The position numbers and the translations under genes were made by a program. Of a stretch of DNA of 64,000 bases, positions 29,928 to 37,573 are shown in pieces. The notes under the pieces are model-generated. The model did not search any database, was not told the origin of the DNA, and saw only the letters and a list, made by a program, of their open reading frames with translations. The stretch is from contig CAVTBR010000003.1 of the NCBI GenBank assembly GCA_963733055.1, forward strand, positions 544,001 to 608,000. The letters are read 5' to 3'. Position 1 is the first letter of the stretch, and every line of letters begins with the position of its first letter. Source of the stretch: Candidatus Bathyarchaeota archaeon (GTDB taxonomy: Archaea; Thermoproteota; Bathyarchaeia; 40CM-2-53-6).

Positions 29928-30473
29928 TTGTCAACGGGTCCAATCGCCGAAGTCAGAAATGTGCTCAAGGCCAACCCTGTCGCGAGGGTCGTGCTGCTTA
30001 TCGTGATATTGTTTGGCATAACATTGGGGTCCGTGGGAGCGATGCGAGTTGCTCTTCACACCGACTCTCCATTGATGGTTGTATCTTCGGGCAGCATGAT
30101 TCCCACACTGAATGTTGGCGATATTATCATCGTTAGGGGTACGGACCCGAGCACTGTTACTGTCGGAACGATCATCATTTTCCACAGCCCTTACGATTAC
30201 CAGACGCCAATCGTGCACAGGGTCATCGCTGTCGACAACGAAGGCGGAATGATATTTTTCCAAACTAAGGGCGACAACAATGGCGTTGCCGACGGATGGA
30301 AGGTGCCCGGCGCGAACCTGATAGGGGTTTACATCACTAAGATACCCTACGTCGGGCTGCTCAGCCTTGAACTACGAGGCCCACTAGGGTGGATACTAAT
30401 CGTATTGCTCGTGTTTTTGATCATCGCGATGGAATATGATGAGTCAAAGAAATCGCAAAAACGCAAGCGTTAG
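29928..30473 (+). CDS. Signal peptidase I (Sec11/SipW type)
   Basis: VVSSGSMIPTL..GD, IVHRV, TKGDNN. Confidence 0.93.
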   Translation: MSTGPIAEVRNVLKANPVARVVLLIVILFGITLGSVGAMRVALHTDSPLMVVSSGSMIPTLNVGDIIIVRGTDPSTVTVGTIIIFHSPYDYQTPIVHRVIAVDNEGGMIFFQTKGDNNGVADGWKVPGANLIGVYITKIPYVGLLSLELRGPLGWILIVLLVFLIIAMEYDESKKSQKRKR

Positions 30474-30498
30474 CCCGGAAATAATGAACTCAATTGGG

Positions 30499-30771
30499 CT
30501 AGTCGCCTGTGGTCATGAGTTCGCCTACGATAGCAGTGTGAGTTCGTAAAACACCTTCGATCGTCTGTATCTGAGACCTAACGGTTCCAGTAAGGTTGTT
30601 AATGTCGGATCCTTCAACGAAGGCGATGATATCAAACATGCCCGTCACAGGATGGGCGGTCTTTACTCCCTCAACTTTGGAAATTCTCTCAGTGATCGCC
30701 CGAGATTTTCCGGGTGCAATCTTGATGAGAACATAAGCTCCGATCTTCCGCTTGTCTGCCAACACGACCAC
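30499..30771 (-). CDS. Lrp/AsnC ligand-binding domain protein
   Basis: AYVLIK...VTGMFDII...I.GV.RT.T. Confidence 0.88.
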   Translation of the reverse strand: MVVLADKRKIGAYVLIKIAPGKSRAITERISKVEGVKTAHPVTGMFDIIAFVEGSDINNLTGTVRSQIQTIEGVLRTHTAIVGELMTTGD

Positions 30772-30878
30772 GAACGTGTAATTGTTCCCAGCTTGCTATT
30801 CTTAGTTGCGCTTAACGGCCGGTTGGGTTAGAATGAGGCAACTGTTCGCGCCGGTCGCGCTACCGACGGCTCATTCTT

Positions 30879-31460
30879 TCAGGCTGGTTGTTCGTAGGCT
30901 ATGAGGGCTTTCTCTTCGAGGGTCCCTTGCAGTTTTGCTACAGCCCTGTGTACTTCAGTTTCTTTCTTGGCGCCTGTACAAACGAGTTTTCCGCTAGCGA
31001 ACAACAGAATAACCACTTTCGGGTCGTCCATTCGGTAAATCAGGCCAGGAAACTGTTCGGGTTCGTACATTGTGCGTTTGAGTGAATAGGTTGACTTCTC
31101 GAGGTCAATTGCGCCTCCAAGCCCGGCCGAGGCGACTATGTTCTGAATCATGATCTCAGGCTTTCCCAAGATCACAATCCCGTTTCTCTTCAGCTCGTCA
31201 ACAACTTTCATAACCGCCTTCCTAGCCTGCCGCTCAGACTTGGCTCCGGTGCATACCATCTTTCCCGAACTGAAGATCAACGTCGCAGTCTTCGGCTTCT
31301 TCAGCCGGTAGACTAGGCCTGGAAATTGCTCGGGACGGTATTCAACGCCCGGGAATACTCGAACGATAGAGTTTAGGTCAATGTTCTGATGGAGAGTTGC
31401 AGATGCGACAACGTTTTCGATGTTGATGAAAGCTTTCTTGACTATTGGCAGGCTCTCCAC
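30879..31460 (-). CDS. tbp: TATA-box binding protein
   Basis: Two repeats IENVVAS...YRPEQFPGLVYR...LIFSSGKMVCTGAK / IQNIVAS...YEPEQFPGLIYR. Confidence 0.98.
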   Translation of the reverse strand: MESLPIVKKAFINIENVVASATLHQNIDLNSIVRVFPGVEYRPEQFPGLVYRLKKPKTATLIFSSGKMVCTGAKSERQARKAVMKVVDELKRNGIVILGKPEIMIQNIVASAGLGGAIDLEKSTYSLKRTMYEPEQFPGLIYRMDDPKVVILLFASGKLVCTGAKKETEVHRAVAKLQGTLEEKALIAYEQPA

Positions 31461-31520
31461 CTTATATAAAGCGGGCTTGACAAAATCGTAAATCGGCCTC
31501 CATATATAAGGCCTTTTTAA
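31460..31520 (-). promoter_or_regulatory. tbp promoter (BRE-TATA) plus a second TATA abutting the start codon
   Basis: Minus strand AAAAAGGCC-TTATATAT at 31518-31502 and TTTATATAAG-GTG at 31470-31458. Confidence 0.65.
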
Positions 31521-31606
31521 GCGCCAGCACGCGAGGCACTGTTCGGACTAATGCGCTTTTAGTTTCGCGTTTCGGTGGTGGCGCTTTCAGTGGGTTTCGC
31601 GAAAGG

Positions 31607-31900
31607 CTAGGCGATTTGACGGGTGTCTTTCGGTTTTGATGGAGCCTGTTGCTGACCAAAAACGGATTTTGGAACTTTTACGGTCTTGCCGACTGGCGTT
31701 TTGATAGCGATGTTGAAGTTGATGTTTGTATGGTACTTAGGTACACCGCCAGCGCCAGCACTTTTGTCATCCTTCGCTTTCAGAATTTCGACATTAAGCG
31801 TGATTTTCATTTCGGTTCCGTCATCTAGTCTTACGAGAACGAAATCTGGACCGACAAATCTGTGACCTTCCACTATTGCATCTACAAACTCATCGCTCAA
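31607..31900 (-). CDS. Hypothetical protein
   Basis: Protein-like ORF in a free gap (RLDDGT..K...GVPKY). Confidence 0.6.
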   Translation of the reverse strand: MSDEFVDAIVEGHRFVGPDFVLVRLDDGTEMKITLNVEILKAKDDKSAGAGGVPKYHTNINFNIAIKTPVGKTVKVPKSVFGQQQAPSKPKDTRQIA

Positions 31901-32156
31901 ACGAAAATTTCCCTCAGTTTTCCAGTCGTCAGGCAGAGCTAAAAAGCTTGGCGATTTGGTTACTGGACAGCGGAATCATTAGCACTTTGCTGAATGAGTT
32001 GCTCCATCAATTGCAATTCAACTGTAGGTCCAATCCAACATGTTACGCATGAGACAAACAGGCAGGCGCTGTGTGTTCTGTCCGGTTTTAGACCAGTTTG
32101 ATAGAATCGACGTTGGGTAGAAGGATTATTCGTATTCAAGCAGAGTGTGTGTGTTC

Positions 32157-32992
32157 ATGGATTTTTCGGATCAGATGATCATTGATTCTTTGCCACGCAC
32201 ATATCACGTGCATGTACCGCCCGCTGGCTCTAGAGCTCCGAGTTGGCTGTTGTTGGTGTTTCATGGAGGCGGTGGGAGGGGAAGAGGTATGAATTGGCTT
32301 ACACACTTCAACTCCATTGCGGACCGTGAACAGTTTGTCGTAGCCTACCCGGACGGGTGGAAGAGACACTGGACAAATAGTGATGAATCACGAGGCGTTG
32401 GAGACGAACTTCCTGACGATTTGCAGTTTCTATCCCAGTTGATCGACAAACTCGTTACAAACCATAATCTCGACTCGAACAAGCTGTACGCGGCGGGAAT
32501 CTCGAATGGTGGTTTCTTCGCCCAACGGCTTGTTTTGGAGAACGTCGGGAAAGTTAGGGCGATAGCCACGGTTGCTGCCACGATGCCTGAACCCCTGTCC
32601 AAGGTGAAAGAAATTGATTACCCGACACCCGTCATGATAATTCATGGAACGGAGGATCCACTCGTCCCATTTGAGGGAGGCCACGTGAAGGCTGGAGCGA
32701 GAGGAGCGATACTCTCAGCTCGTGACTCGGCGTCAAAGTGGGCGGAGTTGAACGAGTGCGACGCTAACCCCGAGATCACTGATCTTCCAAACATTGTCGA
32801 GGACTCGACGCACGTGCGGGTGGAAAGATATGGCGGGTGTAAGGCTGGAGTGGAAGTTCTGTGTATGTCATCGAGGGTGGCGGCCACACGTGGCCTGGTG
32901 GTGCTCAATACTTTCCTGAACGGACAATCGGAAGAACTACTCACAACCTAAACGCGAGCGAAGAGATAGTAGATTTCTTCAAAAGACATTAG
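32157..32992 (+). CDS. PHB-depolymerase/LpqC-like alpha/beta hydrolase (1-nt frameshift near 32862)
   Basis: LVFHGGGG, VAYPDG, GISNGG, IHGTEDP; shifted frame continues YVIEGGGHTWPGG...IVDFFKRH*. Confidence 0.85.
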
Positions 32993-33002
32993 GCTCGTCG
33001 AC

Positions 33003-33701
33003 CTAAATGGACATGAGTGCTATCCCGACTTCCACCCAACCCACTGCCGAATGAGTGGTCGCTGGAAAGTTTGTGGTTGAAGCGATGTTCGATATAGAGT
33101 ACTGAGCGTGCGTAACTCCTATGCCAGAGTTTTCCTCGCTGGGGGCAAAACCCGTGCCGGCCGTGACGTTTCCCCCGGAACTATTCGTTGCTATGATTCC
33201 AAGTAGAAAGGCGCCGGGCTGAATGGCGACTGGAGACGAAGTTGAGATTGACGTGCCAAGGCCGAAGCCAGTAGCCGTGGCCGCCCCTGTAGTTCTCACA
33301 CCCGAAACCTCGTATACGTAGATACTCTCTGCCGGCGCGGCAGCGCTAAACGTCGCCGTGACTACGTCCGGGCCACTCGAAGAAGCGTTGGCGTAGAAAA
33401 TGTAAACGGTCGGCGGAGGATCGTCATTTGACACTACGGCTTGAGTGAATGATAATCTCAGGGAATCTGTGAGGGAACTTAGCGTGAAAGAAGCATCCGC
33501 AATCACCACACCTACCACTATCACATCTCCACTAGCAACATTGTTTGTGAAGGAGACTGAGAGTCTACTTGAGCAACTGGAGCACTCAACATTGTTCTGT
33601 TGGACAAGTGCCGACGCGGCGTGAACAGGCAAGAGCCCAACGGTTAGCAGAAGCGTCGCTATGACGACACTCAGCATGAAAGGAATCCGGTTCCTAAGCA
33701 T
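33003..33701 (-). CDS. Secreted Ser/Thr-rich protein
   Basis: Signal peptide; GDVIVV...YEVSGV beta-rich domain. Confidence 0.7.
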   Translation of the reverse strand: MLRNRIPFMLSVVIATLLLTVGLLPVHAASALVQQNNVECSSCSSRLSVSFTNNVASGDVIVVGVVIADASFTLSSLTDSLRLSFTQAVVSNDDPPPTVYIFYANASSSGPDVVTATFSAAAPAESIYVYEVSGVRTTGAATATGFGLGTSISTSSPVAIQPGAFLLGIIATNSSGGNVTAGTGFAPSEENSGIGVTHAQYSISNIASTTNFPATTHSAVGWVEVGIALMSI

Positions 33702-33941
33702 GACCTACGCTTCTCGAACCGAAAAGGGTCTTGCGAACGCAAATTACTTTCTTGCCTCACGAGAATAAATCCCGTCTATCCCTCACACGTCAATAGAACA
33801 TTCCTGCAACAAATATCTCTCCCTGCGTTCGAACAAATCATTGAATCTAGATTATGGCCCGTGTATACGATTAGGGCTAAACAAGGGGCCGATCCGACGA
33901 TTGGGATGTTCTAGTGCTTTGGAGCGCGGTTAAGTGAATTT

Positions 33942-34496
33942 TCAGTTGGCAGTTCGGCGGCTCTTAGCGTACTTGACCATGGCTAGTGTGGCTAGGAGTG
34001 CGCCTAGTAGTGGGATGGCTAGGGTGGGGTATTCTGGGACGGGGGTCGGCCAGTTCACTGTGGCAGTTGCGTAACCCGGGTTGCCCCCGCTATTGTCGTA
34101 GACTACGACGGTGACCGTGTATGATTGTTGGAATGGAGGCTGGTAGGAATGGTACCGCACCTCGCTTACCACACTTTGGCAACAGTAGGGAACGCGAAGC
34201 ATCGGGGTGCCGTCGCCGAATATCCAATCCAACTCAGTTATCGTGAAACCTGACGAGGCCTTGGCGCTAACCCCGAATGCGTAAGCCTGAGGCGAACTGC
34301 TGTCCAGCTGAATGGAATTGAAGCTCACCGTTGGTGGCCCGCCGGTCGTAACCAAATAGCTAGACGTGGTCGTCATAGTGAAGGATAACGTGGCGGACTG
34401 CTCCGGCGAGTTCATGGCGGAGGCCGCGGAGAGGCTTAGCATGCCTAGAACCGCTGCCAGCACCATGCACCCGACGACCAAGGAGCGTTTGCGCAA
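33942..34496 (-). CDS. PKD-domain surface protein with PEF-CTERM-like signal
   Basis: WIFGDG, YTVTVVV; C-terminal VPEYP + TM + basic tail. Confidence 0.75.
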   Translation of the reverse strand: MRKRSLVVGCMVLAAVLGMLSLSAASAMNSPEQSATLSFTMTTTSSYLVTTGGPPTVSFNSIQLDSSSPQAYAFGVSAKASSGFTITELDWIFGDGTPMLRVPYCCQSVVSEVRYHSYQPPFQQSYTVTVVVYDNSGGNPGYATATVNWPTPVPEYPTLAIPLLGALLATLAMVKYAKSRRTAN

Positions 34497-34696
34497 ATCG
34501 AATCTGAGGAAGTGCGGGAAACATTGAAGATAAACCTAACCAGGGCTGCACTCAAACATGTGTCATTTTCCAGTCGCTCACAAAAGAATAGTTAACAATG
34601 CGCTGTTTCGAGTCAACAATCGCCCTGCCTAGAAATCGTCGCTCGAAAGAAGTTTACAAGGAAACTTCAATATTCTGATTGAGTTCAGAAGGAGAC

Positions 34697-34718
34697 GGCA
34701 GGATGACGAAATCCTGCC
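34697..34718 (-). terminator. Hairpin just downstream of the surface-protein stop codon
   Basis: GGCAGGAT-N6-ATCCTGCC perfect 8-bp stem. Confidence 0.3.
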
Positions 34719-34720
34719 TG

Positions 34721-37324
34721 CTACCTCTTCCGTCGCCTAACTATCGCCAAAGCAGCCATCCCAACGATTGCGCCCACGATAATCGACTCCCACGGAAAGC
34801 CGGGGACTGCGGGCATAACTAATGGGGTTGAAACTGAACTAGTGCTCGAAGTGCTTGTCGTCGGAGTGCTCGTGACTGTCACAGTAGACGCGGCTGCGGT
34901 TGTCGACGCGGTTGAACTCGTCATGACTTCAGAGGTAGTCGACGTGCTGGACGATGTCGAGATTTCGCTTGACGAAGTAGTTGTCGCGGCTGTTGAACTT
35001 GCGCTCGAACTCGTCGAGTTTGTGGTAGTGGCTTGCTGTCCCACAACCGGCGGGTTTTGTGGGTCGAGGTGAATGATGCCCGATAGGGTTCCGCCAGTTA
35101 CAGGTCGTCCAACTGCCCACCCATCTTCGGGGCCAGTCAGGTAGACGGAACGCAAAGACATGCCCGGCGTTACGCTTCCGGCCAGTATGGGCGGAACTAG
35201 GGGCGTGTAGACCCAAGCAACGCCATCCCAGTGAGCAAACACAACATTTCCAGGTGAAGACTGATCATCGCCGACGACCCATCCATCACCGTTTCCTGAT
35301 CCTGTGCCGAAGGTATCAACAAAGACAGATGTTAGATTAGCAGTGGCTATACCTGTAACCTGTCCGGTTCCACCGCTCCAAGTATTTCCTCCGTCGGTTG
35401 TTTGAACGATGGTGGATGAGGATCCGACAATCCAGCCGTGAGTAGAATCTTTGAAGTAGACACCATTCAAATTGCTAGAGCCAACCTGTGGAATCGCATG
35501 TGCAGTCCAAACCGGGACACCGCCAGTTATGGTCAGCACTAGAACGGTACCGGTGTTTCCGACCGCCCATCCAGCAGGTGTGCCAGAGGGGGCGCCTTGA
35601 TTGTTGATGAAAACACCATTCAGATTGTTCAGTGTTGGCTGTGAAAATAGAGTCCAGCTACCGGATTGATGCCTCCAAATCTCACCGTGTAATCCAACTG
35701 CCCATCCATCTCCTCCAGTTCCTCCGCTCAACATGAAAACTGATCGCGGTTCACAAGGATTGCTGGCACCACATCCCGCAATCGGTTGACCGTTCCAGCT
35801 TTGGCCGTTCCACAACAAAGCCTCGGGTCCAGTGTGCGTACTATTACCGCCCATAGCCCATCCTTCCCCAGAGCTGAGCATGTAGATCGTCCAAATGTCG
35901 GGATGGATCGTCTGGCTGGGTGCGGCATTCGCCCGGTGCCACTTGATACCATCCCAGTGGATCAGTGAACAACAATCATTACTTGCATTGTATAGCCCAC
36001 CCGCCCAAGCATCGCTCGAGCCTAACTCCCAAACGGCGTTGAGTTGAGTACTGTCCAAAACGTTGGTGCTACCGCCCCAACACGGCTGGGGTACTGCGGA
36101 ACCGCATCCTGAATTACCTGTTTGCAAGATAACTCCGTTAGCACCCGATGCCCATCCATTACCGCTGCTTGGGAAGCTGGCGCTGAATAATCCAGTCCCC
36201 ACATTTCCGTGGCCGTCTCCAACCGCAGTTTGCAACGGAGTTGTGAGGGTTAACCAGCTGTTGCTTCCTCCCAGTGTCGTTGAGTGAAGTATGGTGCCGT
36301 TAGAGCCTACGATCCATCCTTCGCTTGTACTCACCAATTGAACGGAATACAAATCTCGGGATGTACCCGCAGGCGTCACTGGGCCCGCCCAGATACCTGT
36401 GGCGAAGTGCCAGACTTGTCCGCCGCGACCAACAGCCCACGCATCGATCGGGTTTGTTTGATCAACAAAGATGCCAAGTAAACTGTTTGCTGCACCGCCA
36501 ATTGAAGTGGCCGTCCAAGTGTTTCCTCCACTGAATAGCCTCGCCACGACCCCGCCCTCACCGACTGCGAATCCTTCTAGGTTCCCCGCTCCGTCTTGGA
36601 ACATGTAGACACTGTTGTAACGCGTCGTAGGAACTCCGACCACCTTTTGTTCTATCCATCCACCGCTGGTCTTTGGATCCCCACTGAAAGCCCAAATTGA
36701 CCCTTGATTTGTAGCATTAGTGCCGACGGCATACGTTAATCCCGAAACGAAAGCCGATCCGCTTGGGCATCCTGTTGAGTAGGCTGGAGAATGACAGACC
36801 ATGAAGACTGAAGTTAGGTTCTTTGCGTCCGAAAGACCCGTGTCTTGCACCGTCAGTGCTGCCCCATCCCAGTAAAGCGCAATCCCTCCTGCTGAGCCGG
36901 AAGGATGAACTGAAGAATTGGAGTTTCCTACGATCCATCCGTCAGAGCCGTCACCATTTGGACTACAGAGTCCAACTCCCGGTGCACCGGAGTTCGTGCA
37001 GAAGTTTACGGAATTGTAAGTGGCATTAGGGAGCGGGGAAGCGATGATAGGCCATGAGAACCCGTCATAGTGAGCGAGAACAGGTTGCTGGGTGTTGCTG
37101 ATGTTATCTCCGCCTACGGCCCAACCGTCTCCTGCTCCGATCGAGCCTGAGCCTCCATTTCGAACGTATATTCCTCGCAAAGATCCCTTTGGATCGGCGG
37201 TGTATTGGGTAGGGTTGATGTCCCGCCATCGCCCGAAGGTTATTGCGGCTTGAATTGGGGCTGCGCTAAGAATCACCAACATGACTACGACGATCGAAGC
37301 TGTCCACAAGAGACGGTTCTTCAT
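34721..37324 (-). CDS. Large beta-propeller (YCF48/BNR-like) surface glycoprotein with PGF-CTERM-like signal
   Basis: Repeats L.SV......GWAVG...I.H.DG..W; Ser/Thr stalk; VPGFPWES + TM + RRRKR. Confidence 0.85.
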   Translation of the reverse strand: MKNRLLWTASIVVVMLVILSAAPIQAAITFGRWRDINPTQYTADPKGSLRGIYVRNGGSGSIGAGDGWAVGGDNISNTQQPVLAHYDGFSWPIIASPLPNATYNSVNFCTNSGAPGVGLCSPNGDGSDGWIVGNSNSSVHPSGSAGGIALYWDGAALTVQDTGLSDAKNLTSVFMVCHSPAYSTGCPSGSAFVSGLTYAVGTNATNQGSIWAFSGDPKTSGGWIEQKVVGVPTTRYNSVYMFQDGAGNLEGFAVGEGGVVARLFSGGNTWTATSIGGAANSLLGIFVDQTNPIDAWAVGRGGQVWHFATGIWAGPVTPAGTSRDLYSVQLVSTSEGWIVGSNGTILHSTTLGGSNSWLTLTTPLQTAVGDGHGNVGTGLFSASFPSSGNGWASGANGVILQTGNSGCGSAVPQPCWGGSTNVLDSTQLNAVWELGSSDAWAGGLYNASNDCCSLIHWDGIKWHRANAAPSQTIHPDIWTIYMLSSGEGWAMGGNSTHTGPEALLWNGQSWNGQPIAGCGASNPCEPRSVFMLSGGTGGDGWAVGLHGEIWRHQSGSWTLFSQPTLNNLNGVFINNQGAPSGTPAGWAVGNTGTVLVLTITGGVPVWTAHAIPQVGSSNLNGVYFKDSTHGWIVGSSSTIVQTTDGGNTWSGGTGQVTGIATANLTSVFVDTFGTGSGNGDGWVVGDDQSSPGNVVFAHWDGVAWVYTPLVPPILAGSVTPGMSLRSVYLTGPEDGWAVGRPVTGGTLSGIIHLDPQNPPVVGQQATTTNSTSSSASSTAATTTSSSEISTSSSTSTTSEVMTSSTASTTAAASTVTVTSTPTTSTSSTSSVSTPLVMPAVPGFPWESIIVGAIVGMAALAIVRRRKR

Positions 37325-37359
37325 GCCTAATCGCTAATTCCTATTCCTTTCCGGTTCAC

Positions 37360-37397
37360 ATATAAGTGTTGTTTTGTGCAACACAAATACACTATAT
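37360..37397. promoter_or_regulatory. Inverted repeat overlapping the TATA box (candidate operator)
   Basis: Perfect core TTTGTG-CAA-CACAAA (37373-37387) inside imperfect ATATAAGTGT...ACACTATAT. Confidence 0.45.
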
Positions 37398-37400
37398 TGC

Positions 37401-37538
37401 TCATTTCTCCAGCTCCTTAAGGTAACGCCTCACAGCCTCACGAATGACGAACGACCGCGAGGGAACCTTGTCCTTGTCGATCAAGTCGTCCATCTTGTCG
37501 AGGAGCTGTATGGGGAGGGTTGCGGTGATGTTTGCCAT
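37401..37538 (-). CDS. Small ribbon-helix-helix (CopG/NikR-like) protein, absent from the ORF track (alternative TTG start 37559)
   Basis: MANITATLPIQLLDKMDDLIDKDKVPSRSFVIREAVRRYLKELEK*. Confidence 0.82.
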   Translation of the reverse strand: MANITATLPIQLLDKMDDLIDKDKVPSRSFVIREAVRRYLKELEK

Positions 37539-37573
37539 TCTGGACCTGCGGTTGGACAATGAGAGCTGCTCCG

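Noticed and set aside
34840-35040. Low-complexity repeats
   Set aside because: They encode the Ser/Thr stalk of the surface protein; not a CRISPR or DNA repeat
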